A DNA stretch of 64,000 nucleotides from Mytilus trossulus (Eukaryota). This document shows positions 1-13,543 of this stretch, piece by piece (the first letter of the stretch is position 1; every line of letters starts with the position of its first letter). Location of the stretch: NCBI RefSeq assembly GCF_036588685.1, contig NC_086373.1:21576001-21640000 (forward strand), read 5' to 3'. The notes beneath the pieces are model-generated. The model was given only the letters and a program-made list of their open reading frames with translations, did not search any database and had not been told where the DNA came from. The translations under genes and the position numbers were made by a program.

Positions 1-839
1 ATTGGTGGCTTTCCGATAACTTTTAGAAAATTGCGTTTTATTAAAAACACTGTTAATACATAATTTCCGAAATTCAAATTACTCGAAATGTCCAATCATG
101 CGCAACAGAAAGTTTTTTTTTGTATCGCACATACATACTACTAAATGTGTAATGCATTGCTTGATGCATGATGGAGCAATACAAACATATTGACGTTCAA
201 GTTTCAGTATAATGATAACGAGTTATTTTTTCTGATCATAAGAAAAAGTCATCCACTACGTTTAATATCAAATATCTGAACTAAAACTATTTGAATATTT
301 TGCAATACAAAGTCATGTGCATTATTTAATTCAAGTATTTGAATTGGGTAGATATAAAAGAGTGAAATTCTTTCTATTGAAGTAACAGTTGATATTGTTA
401 AGAGCCAGGTGATAGCGTCTGTATCAATTATACCATCATTATTCTCTTTAATGATTAGTAAAACCAATTAACAGGTACGAGTTAACTTTCATCACCTCCT
501 TATCATAAAGGAAAATTAAACAAAAGATCGGATTTGTATATAATGATTTGGCAGTTACTAGTAAGAAATATGTGATAGACACTTTTGAGATATGCCATAA
601 AATTTCTACACGGCTACAGATGGTTCCATCGATCTTGTGATTTTAAACCAGCCTGAGTTAAAGACAATAAGATTTTCAATTAGTTCCATTACGATCCAGA
701 AGAATACAATAATAGAACACTTGCAAGCTTATTACGTCATTTGGCTTACGTCTTATGCCACAATGAACCAAAATTAAAATTCTACTTCTGGTATCTGAAG
801 ATAAATAATATATAGAATGTGATACTTGACTATCGAAAA

Positions 840-1330
840 TTAAATATGTGAATGAACCAACCAGTTAAAGGCTTATTGTGAAACTTAATAAGACATACTA
901 TTTGGAACTCTTTGTTTAATCGCTTCATTGTGAGCTGCAACCCGGGTATGTTGTAGCAATTGGGAGATACATACTCAGTGTGAAGGCGCTGCTGGAATGT
1001 TGCTCCTTAGAAATGGAAAGTTCCCAATTAGGAAGCTGAAATCATCTCTTTTGTCGTAAAGTTTTGTTTTCAACCGACCCTCATTGATTTTCTAGATGTA
1101 AGATATGCTAACTTATTTTCTTTCTTCGTAAGAAGTTCCTGCATGAAGTTAGTCTTATAAGAATAAAGGAACAAGTCGGCAAGCAGAAGAGCACAATTGG
1201 TTCCTATGGGAATGCTGATAGTTGTTGAAAAGCACGTCCTCCAAACGCAACAAACTTGTTGTTAATCAAGAAATCATGTATCATGCTAATGTCAGTTTCA
1301 GCGAATCTTTGGTTTAGATCAGATGTTTTT
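840..1330 (-). mobile_element. Decayed Penelope-like element (PLE) reverse transcriptase fragment
   Basis: Manual minus-strand translation gives FLINNKFVAFGGRAFQQ..IPIGTNCALLLADLFLYSY and RLKTKLYDKRDDFSFLIGNFPFLRSNIPAAPS. These match the PLE RT motifs GIPMGTNCAPLLADLFLY and LYDKRDDFxFxIVNFPFLxSNIP. Stops and frameshifts are present; boundaries are approximate. Confidence 0.8.
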
Positions 1331-2278
1331 AAATTATGAATGTGAAAGTACGTCACCGATTTCTGTGTGCACGACCTCTAATGACTTTCTTAATGTTAAC
1401 TTGAATTTGCATGAGTGCTATAGATTCATTGCTCTCGACTTTTTTTTTAACATATATTTGTTTTCAAATTGCGAACGTCAAAGATGTTCAAACATTGTAA
1501 AGAGGCCAAAATGAAATTCTAAGGCTATCGTCGATATACTATTGATTGAACTAATTGCATTTCAGAGCCCAAATGTAAAAGTGAATATAAAAGACGAAGC
1601 ATATTATAAATATTTAGAAACATTAATCTTGCGAATGAACTTTACTCAATTGAATTTTACACTATATTTCATTGGAAAAGTATGGATATAAGTTGGGTTT
1701 TTTTGGCAATTTTTAAATGTAACTGATGGGGATATTTAACAGTCTTAGAAGATATTATAAACTCATCCGACTGCACTCGGTATTTCAAACAATAATTATT
1801 GAAATTATATCCTTCAACACTTGGTCATTTTAACACTTTTATTATGAAACATAACAACAAATTGTCTAGGCATTTTTAACTTTTTTCCCATAAAATAAGT
1901 GAAGTAAATTCCGCTTTTGCTGGATAAAGATATTTTGAATATAGAAACTAAAACATAAAATGATTCAAATAATAATGTATCAGATAATTAATAAAAATAA
2001 ATTAAACAAACTATACCTTGGGATGTAGCATATCCACCGCTCTAGATAATTTTTCTTTGTGATGATTGTTTAGGAGGGTGATTGGTTTTATATATAATTG
2101 GAGCCCTACTAAAATGATTTAACTTATCGGAGGTGAATTACAAAAACACATTGCCTATCATTTCTGTCAGTAGGGTTTGGATAGATAATACTTTTATCGT
2201 GTGAATCTATCATTTCTAATCTACATTTTTTTAATTGAAAACTTGGTTTGAAATTTTTGATAAGAGTAATTTTGAAAT

Positions 2279-2395
2279 GCTACTGTACATACTGGCCGAT
2301 AATATAGCTACTGTACATACTGGCCGATAATATAGCTACTGTACATACTGGCCGATAATATAGCTACTGTACATACTGGCCGATAATATAGCTAC
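2279..2395. repeat. Perfect 28-bp minisatellite, 4.2 copies
   Basis: GCTACTGTACATACTGGCCGATAATATA starts at 2279, 2307, 2335 and 2363, with a partial copy at 2391. Confidence 0.95.
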
Positions 2396-3395
2396 AGACA
2401 CTTGATAATAGAAGACAAAATCATATCATGTATTAAAAAATTCGTTATGCTTGTCATTATAAGTTAATCTTTCTTAAAACATTATCAAATTCAACTTTAG
2501 GTATAACAATGCTATGCATCCAATCTTTGAAGTTGTACCTTTGTATGTCAAACTGACTTTGCCTACATTTTTTTAGAAAGAAAAGGCAGATAAACAGAAA
2601 AAAATAAACAGCTTCTTAAACGTGTTAAACTTGTCGTTGGTTAAGAGTTTTTTTCTGGTCCTTGTTTGAGGCCTCGTTGTAAGTTTGGGATTAAGAACAT
2701 CAACTAGAGCTTTTTGTTTGACTTTTGCTGTGCATTTACTGATTTTGTGTCATGAATGAAACCCAATATTCTTTGTTGTTTTATTAGTCGCGAACAGAAC
2801 TTGAAAATAACACAATTGAAAGTGTCGTTGTCTTTTTATTATTATTGCTAATTACTTTTCAATAAGGTATATGGTAAATGGTTCAATTGCATTGTATTTA
2901 GAATTCCCTTTCCCTAGGTAGGAACCTGAAGTACGTTGGTTGTCAAATCATAAGGATCAAATGCTAATTGTAGTTCACTGTGTTATTTGTTTTACGAAAT
3001 GTTATTTTTTTTGCATTTTGTAATGAAATACATTTTCAGCCTCGTCAATTTAATCTTTTGTAATGAAATAGATTTGTGGCGTTGTTTATATCTGTATGTT
3101 ATTTTGTTATCAAAGCAAAATTCGTTATTATTTGTTAAGTTATTTATTATGAGATAGCTTTAAGCATTGTTGAATTGAAATTTATATTTGCTATTTCAAC
3201 ATTTGAACTTGAATGTGAAGATCCAAATATAAATAAAAATCAATATCACCATTGCTTTCGACTTACGATTTTTATTGTTATTATTTGCCTAAAGATTGTG
3301 GAGCAGGTATTTAAAGAATGACTGTGCTTGACTGAATTGTGTTCCTATATTTACAAAAGTTAAACAGAATTCGTGTTATACTTGACAAACAAAAA

Positions 3396-3527
3396 ACTAT
3401 GCGGTATGGGCTTTGTTCATTGTTGAATGCCTTACAGTGACCTATAGTTGTTAATGTCTGTGTCATTTTGGTCTTTTGTGGATAGTTGTCTCATTGGCAA
3501 TCATACCACATCTTCTTTTTTATATAT
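3396..3527 (+). repeat. 5'-truncated copy of an interspersed SINE-like repeat family
   Basis: Near-identical to 45194-45321 and to the reverse complement of ~59228-59349. Ends in GGCAATCATACCACATCTTCTTTTT. Confidence 0.8.
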
Positions 3528-3799
3528 CAAGTTCAGAATTAAGAACATCTACAACAAAAAACACAACAGTCAACTAAACTGTACGAATATAATCAAAGAA
3601 TCAGCAACACGAACCAAAGTCACAATAGGTACCGCAATTTAAACAGTCAGATACGACGTATCATCTTCAGCTGGACTGAAAAAGATTTTTGGTACTTTTA
3701 AATTTATTTTGTCATTTGTTATAAAATATTTTCTTAGTAAACGCTCATCATGGCTTCAAAAACAATGCGACGGGACTGGGTTATAAGTCAACGTTTGCC

Positions 3800-4200
3800 A
3801 TGACATTTTTAGAAAAACTACGAAAAAGAGCACTATTTTGTGCATGAAGATCATTCAAGCTTATACCAACAGTTGTTTGAAAAGACTAAGATGCCTTCAC
3901 TGCTAATTAAAAGACAAAGATCAATGTCAATTGAAACTTTTAATATTGTTATTAAACTGACAACTGTCTTTTTACATGATTTATCAAATGTAAAATATTG
4001 TAAATATTCTTTCAGATAAAGTAACATAGTTGACTGGCTATTCACTACAAACTATACAGTTTGATTACAAAAGACTTAATTTTGTTGCTGCTACTTTGTG
4101 GAACAGCCTTCCTGACAATTCAGGACTGAAATGTTTTTTTTTCTCTCAATTTGAGAGCCAAATGCAGACCTGATATTGATCGAAAGGCTGTTGTTTTGCA
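3800..4200 (+). mobile_element. Decayed CR1/L2-group LINE 3' fragment
   Basis: Interrupted translation KLRKRAL...DHSSLYQQLFEKTKMPSLLIKRQRSMSIETF...AATLWNSLPD resembles the C-terminal ORF2 region of CR1-group LINEs. Boundaries are approximate. Confidence 0.6.
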
Positions 4201-5456
4201 TGTAGATAAGTTGTTTCAAATTTTAGAAATGTTTGTGTTATGTAAAAAATTGTATGTATTTTAATTGATGCTTAATTTTTAGTTGTGCATGAATTTTACT
4301 TGCGCTTCAATTTTGGTATGTTTATATGTGTAGCTTAGTAATGCTTTGCATTAACTTCAATATGCCTGTGTCGTTTCTTTGTATTTGAAAAAAATAAAAC
4401 TAGCGTTGTAACTCACAGAAGCCAAATTGGTATGATATTTCAAATAAGATACATTATAAAAAAATAATAAGTTATATCAAACATCAAGCTAGAATAACCT
4501 TCAGCATATATAGTTGGAAGAGGAGAGAAGATTAAATGGTCAATGAAAACTACAAGATAAAGATAGACAGGCTCGTCTTTCATATCAGTTGAAACAAACA
4601 GCGGTTCACGAAACACTAAATAGAAAATATTAAATGTAACTCGGCTTCTCTGGAAGGGCATATAATTTCGTTTTTATTAGTAGCTTCCGTTATGCTTCTC
4701 ATCTTAAGATAAAATCTATTGATACGTTCATTCGGTTATTTCATAGATGAGGAAAAGATGTCCGAGTTATGGCTACGCACAATAAATGTGATATATCCGT
4801 GGTCTTCAATTATACAAATATTCCCAAACGGTTGCAGGTGCGGTCTTAAAGACAGGGACCATATTATTCGACATTTCGAAATTTTACTTGAACTTTATTT
4901 ACAAATAAACAAATAAACATCGCACAGTTCCAGTGCACTCAAATAACCCTATTCTGGAGCAGGTTCTGTGTTTACAAACAGATTGTTAATAAAACTTTAT
5001 TCACAGCACGTCATAACCTATAGCAAGAAAAACCCTTGCCATCCTCTTGAATGTCTTTGATTATTATCTAACAGAATCATCTGATAAAAAGAAAATCATT
5101 GGCCCCTCTTTTATGTCAGAATTTTGAAGTGTACAAAATTAATTACTAGTATCTCATTACCACTTGAGACTGTCATTTGATGGTTCTATATTAAAAATGA
5201 ATTATGCAATACAATAATTTTCAGATAAGCACTTGATAACTTATACAGAATTATTGAATACAAATGCTTATATCGTATATCCTATTCATTATTGATAAAG
5301 TTATAGTATATAAATGTCAAGTAAAATGTCTGGTATTAGTACTCGTGTACATTGTTTGATCATAAGCCTCTACCCTAAATGGCATTTTTTTAATTGACTT
5401 AAACCTCGAACGGCAACACTCTTATCATATGTACCAGACATTGATCTTTAAAAGAT

Positions 5457-5477
5457 CACACACACACACACACACAC
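5457..5477. repeat. (CA)n microsatellite
   Basis: About 10 CA units followed by an A-run. Confidence 0.9.
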
Positions 5478-7654
5478 AAAAAAAACATATTGCTTGATCC
5501 TGTTAGATAATATGTTTGTTGTAAACTGTTTCGATATATTGGAAACTATCGTATTTACAAACAGCGATGCGATATGGAATTAAATATAAGTACGTCAGGA
5601 ATCGTTTTTATCAGACTTGAAATACGTCTTTTGAAATAACACAGTGTTTGTGTATCATTTAAAAGATAAATTGTAGATAATGAATGCAGTTTAATTGTTT
5701 TAACGATGGACTTACGTACTTTATACCCAACTCATTGATTTTGGCGAATTTTTTATATCAACAGAATGAAGAACAACAAGTTCTGCTATTCTATTTTAAC
5801 GTTATAAGATATATTAATGCTGTCGTATGATAACTCACCATCCCGATGACATACATATCAGAATAAATTAAAGTACACGTCCGGTTTTACTTAAAATAAA
5901 TCTAATAATCTAATAAATAATAAGGATGTAAAAGTAAAGGTCAAGTATGGAAAAAAAATACGTAATTATAAATATGAATGATTTGCAATTATATATGTTT
6001 ATATTGTAATATATTTCTATTCGTAATTGACTAACAATTAGTTAAATATATCATAATTTATAAATGTATGTATAACAGACAAACTAACAAGAATTAACAA
6101 AATCTATTATATACTGTTAACGGTTAACGAGGCCGGGATAAGGTACCGGTATTTGATGTATCCACTAACGACTGTGAAAATCTATCAATAAAACATGATT
6201 TACTTTAAATGAAAAAAAATTAATTTAAATCTAAAGAAAACTTTCGCAGTATAGAAGTCTATTTGGTTTTTAAAATGCATTTAAAGTTTTGTTTTTGTTA
6301 GCCTCTAAAATGTTTGATTGTATCACAGAGGCACGCATTGTGTCGTCTGCAGGAATTGTATCTTTTAAGGTTTTAAAGGTTTTTTGTTTGTTTTTTGTTT
6401 TTTTAGTGTGGGGGGTAACATAACGTCTCGTGATTGAAACTAAATAGAAATCGTAATGCTAGGAGAAATGCATTGACCGTTTATTTAGAAAACCATTTTC
6501 ATGTTCAACAAGCACATGGTCGACCAAAACTACGTACTGCAAAACTTATGCCTCGTTCGCACGTACGTTTAATTCGAATTGAATTTGATTCGAATGCGAA
6601 TGCGAATCGAATTCCCTAGTAGAGTTCACACACTCTTCTTTTTTATTCGAATTGATTCGTATTAGCTACTTCCCATTAGAAATGCGTTTTTTAATACGAA
6701 TTAAAAGTTAACGTCGTTCGGACAGTTTGAAAGCGAATTTGACGCGCATTGCAATTCTAATTAGAATTAACGTTCGAATGTAAAACGTTTTGAATGCGAA
6801 TTAATCTAATTTGAACTATTTTAAAATGCGAATCGAATAAACCATAATTTAAGAAAGCAATATGTATGATTAATTTCGGTTACATATGGCGTGGGGAATG
6901 ATTATGAATTTAATGTTACGAAAAAAGAAATGACTGCACAAATTTCAGATATCGTTTGTCCTGAATAATACTTTAAAATTTAGATGTACACAAATGAACA
7001 AATGTATAGTTAAACATCGATGATAGCAGAAAAAAGCAGCCGTTATTGTGTGCATAAATGTATGAACAAATACTTTTAAGTACAATGGTAGTAACTTCAT
7101 TACGAAAATTGTTCTAGTGCCGGAAGGATGTATAATAAAAGAAGACAAAATCATAATAATAATTATCTTATGATAACTGAATGAGACCGTAATAAATGCA
7201 CAAATTAATACGATGTGAAATGCGATCAATTCAATATATCATTTTAGTAAATAACTTCACTTATCGCTGATAGAAAATCAGAAGAGCTTCTCTGATAAAT
7301 GACCAGTGTAAAACATATAAATTGAACATAGAAAACTATTGACATATTTATCTTTTATTGATTTGAACAATTTCTTAGCAATGTTTGGCATCTTCCGTGT
7401 AAACAACTACATTTGTATGATATCTGTAATTCCGGGAATTATTTAAGACTTTCCATTGCTTATCATAAAAAGAAGATGCATGGTATGATTGCCAATGGCA
7501 CAACTCTCCACGTTTTAGACCATAGAATCGTTGACTGAATAAATGTAAGTTTGCAACCTACCTATCTTTAGAAAAATTGCCGAAGTTAACAATAGATTAA
7601 CGTACACCTCTTTCTAGTACGGTTTATCGCTTTTATAAGATAAACCAATTTAAT

Positions 7655-8045
7655 AGACCACTTTCGAGTTCATCCGTCACCGGCAAAAACTCGTCAATTA
7701 TGCACGCCTTTATGACGTCATTTACCAGATAGAGGGGGTCGCCTGTATCCCTGCACTATTTACGTTCATCAAGCGTCTTAGTGATCGTCTTTGTGCAGGA
7801 TAAACTAGAAATAATGGTTGCTCTGTAGGAACTTACTGACAATTTCCTTAATGACAGCAGTGTTGATTATCATTTTTGAGAATTCAATTTGCCGAATAAT
7901 TCGTACAATATAGAATTATAGTTTTCCAACCACTCGCTCAACATTGGAAGGGAAGTGATGACGCCCCATAATGACAAATGACGGTGATAAAGGCGCGTAT
8001 AATTGACGAGTTTTTTCCGGTGACGGATGAACTCGAAAGTGGTCT
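7655..8045. mobile_element. Non-autonomous DNA transposon (MITE) with ~70-bp TIRs and an AT target duplication (ISL2EU/PHIS-like)
   Basis: AGACCACTTTCGAGTTCATCCGTCACCGG...CCGGTGACGGATGAACTCGAAAGTGGTCT, flanked by AT on both sides. The paralogous empty site at ~12524-12532 reads TTTAATTAA. Confidence 0.88.
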
Positions 8046-9307
8046 ATTAAAAAGAAATGATTATTGCCTCATTCGGATCCGGTTCTTGTTTCCCGCCAAT
8101 CAACGTCACATGACTCGTCAGCATTACATTGCACTAGCCAATCTTGTAGATATGTAAAAGTTTCAAAAAATGCAATCGTAAAAAATCTTTGACATCCGCT
8201 TATCATATTCTTATATTTTGAAATGAAACTATCGTAGAGACAAGACAATTCTCCAAGAATGGATTTTCATTTGCAAGGGTCAGCAAACGACGATATTAAA
8301 AGGTAAACCGAACTGTCACCACACGATCCGCGATGCCATCAACACGAGGAACACATCCAGCTTCTTTCGACATGTTTATGTTTGTGAGATTATTAGAACA
8401 ATTTAATAATGTATCTTCGCCATAAAAGTTATACAATGCTCGAATGACAGGGACAGCATCCAATTTGTCAGTGGCTCATTGACCGGTGATGATCGATGAT
8501 CAATTTAATGGCAGAACAAAATCTTCACACCAGGAGCCCCCGTTTAGAATTCCACACAGCACAAGATGCACTTGTAAGGAAACACGATTTAAAAGAAGGA
8601 GAACCACTGATCCAAAGAATTCACTACCTCAGTGGTTCCAGCGGTTTGCAGATTTCGTCAAGCTTTAACCTCGGTATGTTGAATTTATATATATAAGAAA
8701 AAAGTTGATGTTTTGTGGTGTATAATTATTCTAATTGATATTTATCTCATTAGGATTAAGATAATCTGATGGTGATAAGATAAGATTACTGAAAGGATTA
8801 TTTATTATTATAATTTGATGTCATATATTTAATTCGTGGCCTTTTTTACATGTCTGCTTTAATGTACATAAATTATATAACCATGCAGTCGTTTTGAAGA
8901 CGCACCTAGCGCTATTATACACAAGATACACACGAGGGCAATAAGTGCAAATTCCTCATCTTTATTTACTTTATAGATTCTACCACTATTATACACAATT
9001 TTACACTATGTGTTAGATGGCTCAGCTGACGTGTAATAGATGAAATACACTATATGAGAGTTAGAAGACAAATTTTGTGGCGGATGGCGCGATAGCTTTA
9101 GATTAAATCCATCAGAGTCGATGGCTTAGATTAAAATATTTATAAATGGAAATCCTTTGAACATGTACAGTCTTAAATATTTCCTAAACTGTTTGATACA
9201 CTTAAATCGGCATTACTATATAAAAAAAAAAAATGTACATAAATTATGCCTACTGTTTTCTCGTTTGACTTGTTTTACATTTCTCTTTTTGGTTTTTAAT
9301 TACACTT

Positions 9308-9700
9308 TAATGCAGTATCATGGGCTCTGCTCATTGTTGAATGCAGTACAATGACTTCGTTTAATGCAGTATGGGCACTGCTCATTGTTGTAGGCAGAAA
9401 AGTGACTAAATGTTATTAATGCGACTTGGGCTCTGCTCATTGTTGACGGCAGTACACTGACTTATTGATACTAATGCAGTATGGGCCCTGCTCATAAATG
9501 AAGGCAGAAAAGTGACTAATTATAGTTTATGTGGCATGGGCTCTGCTCATAAATGAAGGCAGAAAGTGACTACTAATAATTTTAGTTAATGTGGCATGGG
9601 CTCTGCTCATTGTTGAAGGCAGTAAAATGACTTTTTGTTATTATTTAATTTGCCGTTTGTTCTACTGTGAAGAGTTGTCTAATTGAATCATACCAATTCT
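9308..9700 (+). repeat. Degenerate tandem array (~55-bp unit, ~6 copies) derived from an internal segment of the SINE-like family
   Basis: The unit AATGCAGTATGGGCTCTGCTCATTGTTGAAGGCAGTA..TGACT is repeated, then followed by the family 3' end (GAGTTGTCT..ATCATACC). Confidence 0.75.
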
Positions 9701-10021
9701 ATTTACACGAGTGAGCTTCTCAGTTACATGTATATATTTATACTTTTCAATTTGCGTTTATTTTTTTTGTAAGCTTGCTTGTTTTAATTTTTGCATGTTT
9801 GCCTAGCTATTTACATTATGCATGTGTTCCTGTTGTAAAATATGCTTATATTAAATTTGATATTTGTTTTTGATATGAAATATCACGTCAGTTGAACTTG
9901 TGAGAGATTTGCAGAGCTCATGTTTACGTTGTTGAATCCTACATACCAAGCCCGACCCTAAATTTTCTGACTTGCGTAAACATAGTTCATATAGTGATAC
10001 AAGCAAATATAGTTATACAAG

Positions 10022-10310
10022 TTTGCACCTGTCCTAAGTCAGGAATCTGATGTACAGTAGTTGTCGTTTGTTTATGTAATATATACGTGTTTCTCGTTCC
10101 TCGTTTTGTTTATATAGATTAGACCATTGGTTTTCCCGTTTGAATGGTTTTACACTAGTAATTTTGGGGCCCTTTATAGCTTGTTGTTCGGTGTGAGCCA
10201 AGGCTCCGTGTTGAAGGCCGTACTTTAACCTATAATGGTTTAATTTTTAAATTGTTATTTGGGTGGAGAGTTGTCTCATTGGCACTCACACCACATCTTC
10301 CTATATCTAT
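10022..10310 (+). mobile_element. 5'-truncated SINE-like insertion with a 25-bp flanking direct repeat
   Basis: Related to 45040-45321. Flanked by ATACAAGCAAATATAGTTATACAAG at 9997-10021 and 10311-10335. Confidence 0.8.
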
Positions 10311-10956
10311 ATACAAGCAAATATAGTTATACAAGCAATAGTCTGTAAAGGTTTCAAATAGCTTACTTATGCTCATGGACAGGACAATTAGTTTACCAAC
10401 AAGTCAACTTAGAGCAAATAGGAGAATTATGTGCACTATTCACACAATTATCAAATTACTTTATAACTCACGAAGCAGCAGACAGAGCATGGTACACAAC
10501 ATCCTCTATACTTTGAAGTGCGATAATGTTATTGTATATATATACACATGATACATGTACATGTATGGTTTAGATTATTTTTGATTGTCTTATCTAACTC
10601 AGATATGTGAACATTGATGTTTTAATACGTTTGTATTTTACTATCATATTTATTTTACATGTCGGCACGAACTATGGGCTCCCCCACATCTATTTTTAGA
10701 AACAAAACAAATATGCGGTATATAAGTTACTGTTAAGGACTTTTACAAACGAACACGCATATTATCCAGATGGGGAAACTCGATGAATTTTTAAATTTAT
10801 TTCAAATACTCTTGATCTATTTCCTTCTATTAAAAGGAACATTTAGCATTCTTTTCTATTTACAAAGCTGATGGACACAATCTTTTTAATTCTAGTCGGA
10901 ATAAATCAACTATGCATTACTTAAAGTAATACCATGGAATTTTACTCTAGCACCTC

Positions 10957-11193
10957 GTTCTTTTAGGTCACAAAAAATATTCGACGCAAAACTATTCAAG
11001 ATAGAACTTTCCAAAACATGTATTCGAATTTTTAAGTACTACTAGGAATTCATGGGGTAGCCAGTTTAGTACAGGAAACGCCTAGTTCTTTTAGGTCACA
11101 AAATATATTCGACGTAAAACTATTCAAGTTTGAACTTTCCAAAAAGCGGCACATACTGCTTAGCCGTATCCGAATTCTAAGTACTACTAGGAA
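10957..11193. repeat. Local tandem duplication (~130-bp period)
   Basis: GTTCTTTTAGGTCACAAAA..ATTCGACG..AAACTATTCAAG..GAACTTTCCAAAA..AAGTACTACTAGGAAT occurs twice. Confidence 0.8.
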
Positions 11194-12027
11194 TGCAATC
11201 ACATGCAATCGTCATGTTAGTACTGGATATGTGGTACTTTCAATGTATTGATTGATATGAATTTTTTTTGTGTGTACGTTCTACTCCCTTGGTTTCTAAA
11301 ATATTGGTCACGTTACTTGTTTAAAATTAATAAATAGATTAGCCTATACAAATGTACACGACTTTGAAGGAGTGCCTAGGATAGCACTTATTATATATAC
11401 AGGTAATGTATTTTCGTAAACTTTGTAGAGGATAATAAAATTGAAAATGGAAAACTAATTTTAGTGCATATTACAGATTAACAAAGCAATTGAGTAGATT
11501 CATGGCATACCACCATCTTGCATCGTACTTTTGCAGTGACCAATCAGTCTAGTTATTACCCAAATCTCCGAATGTGTACACAGATGTTCAGTTTTATTGA
11601 TTATACTGTTTATTTTTATGAAGAAACTTCCTGATTTATCGCATTATATCTCTTAGAAATATTTAACAAGTTCATATATATATATGCTTTAGAATACATT
11701 TTGTTCAACTAAGCCGGTTAAGGCGAGATAACTCTTTTAGTAAACCCATGGATAATTCATGATCGGTTTATCAGTGGATGTATTACTGCTAAAATAATGC
11801 GTTTTATGATGATAAATATATATTATATATAACATGGATAATACAACGAAAGAAGTGAAATCTTCAAAACAGCACCTTTATAACAAAGCTATTACAAAAG
11901 GAAAAATATGTAAGATTCAAACATATTAACAAAGAATAATGCCTTCTTAGCTAGTTCACCTAAATGGACCTTTAGGTTGTAGGAAAGGGGGGGGGGATTC
12001 TGGTGAGTGTGTATAGACACACTCAAG

Positions 12028-13543
12028 TGGCAAGATTAAGGGGTTATGATCGTTTCCCGTAATTGTACGTCGGATCATATTAGGTTTTTACTTTCCAGGA
12101 AGTTCTGTTGAGACCATCTCATGTCTACCCTGAGTGGCCGGTTCTGAATTGGTACCAGTTCGAGCTTGACTGTTAATGATACATAGTATGGCCTATGTAT
12201 TCAGTGTTTTATAATATAAAAAATGTTAATCTTTACTCCCCTGAAACCAGGGGGTGATGCGAATAAGACCCGACGTATTTGGGGATCATAACCCTCGTTC
12301 TCTTTAGAATTTAACCTGGAGGAACTTGAGCATCCATTGCTACCAATGGTGCACAGATTTGTCAGTTAAAACTAGCATGTCGGCATTCTGTAATCATGTC
12401 AGACCTCGTCATTCTAAGTGAACTGTGGCCGTTATTTCCACAATAGTTATTTGTTTGTTATGTTTTTGCCTAAAAATGGATTCTGTGATTAATACGGTTT
12501 ATCGCTTTTATAAGATAAACCAATTTAATTAAAGAGAAATGATTATTGCCTCATTCGGATCCGGTTCTTGTTTCCCGCCAATCAACGTCACATGACTCGT
12601 CAGCATTACATTGCACTAGCCAATCTTGTAGATATGTAAAAGTTTCAAAAACCCACCCACCTCCCCTTGCAATCTGCCATCTAATAACAATTCTTGTGTC
12701 TGCTGCTGTTTTATTTATCTTTTCAGAATGACCAGAACATGCCGGATCCATAACTTATTGGACAAAAAAGAGGAGACAATCAATCCGATGGATTTGCTAG
12801 CTGATTCATACGTTCGAGAACTATAATTATTATGTCAATGCTAATTTTCATGAATGGCTACCACCTTTATCTAAATATTTAGACACATTCAGTGTGAAAA
12901 TGGAATTACCAATACCTGGTATTAGATCTTCGCCTAGATGCATTTAACTTTTGACTTTATTTCAAATGGATAAAAATCATGCAGCATTTATTTTAATAAC
13001 TCGATTCTAATTGTTCATTGTTTTGTAATAAAATCATTCGTCACAGTCAAAAAGGGTGTCGGGATCTGGCAAGATTAAGGGGTTATGATCGTTTCCCGTA
13101 ATTGTACGTCGGATCATATTAGGTTTTTACTTTCCTGCGGTACCGCAGGAAGTTCTGTTGAGACCATCTCATGTCTACCCTGAGTGGCCGGTTCTGAATT
13201 GGTACCAGTTCGAGCTTGACTGTTAATGATACATAGTATGGCCTATGTATTCAGTGTTTTATAATATAAAAAATGTTAATCTTAACTCCCCTGAAACCAG
13301 GGGGTGATGCGAATAAGACCCGACGTATTTGGGGATCATAACCCTCGTTCTCTTTAGAATTTAACCTGGAGGAACTTGAGCATCCATTGCTACCAATGGT
13401 GCACAGATTTGTCAGTTAAAACTAGCATGTCGGCATTCTGTAATCATGTCAGACCTCGTCATTCTAAGTGAACTGTGGCCGTTATTTCCACAATAGTTAT
13501 TTGTTTGTTATGTTTTTGCCTAAAAATGGATTCTGTGATTAAT
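12028..13543. repeat. Near-identical direct repeats (12028-12493 and 13067-13543) bracketing a copied segment
   Basis: The copies are 466 and 477 bp. They differ by an 11-bp indel inside a palindrome and about one substitution. Confidence 0.92.

Noticed and set aside
8220-8696. Possible exon downstream of promoter-like motifs, ending near a GT donor at ~8674
   Set aside because: There is no recognisable protein similarity, no long clean frame and no partner exons.
12028-13543. LTR pair of a TRIM-like element
   Set aside because: There is no TG...CA pair of termini and no PBS, PPT or TSD; the interior is partly a copy of nearby DNA.
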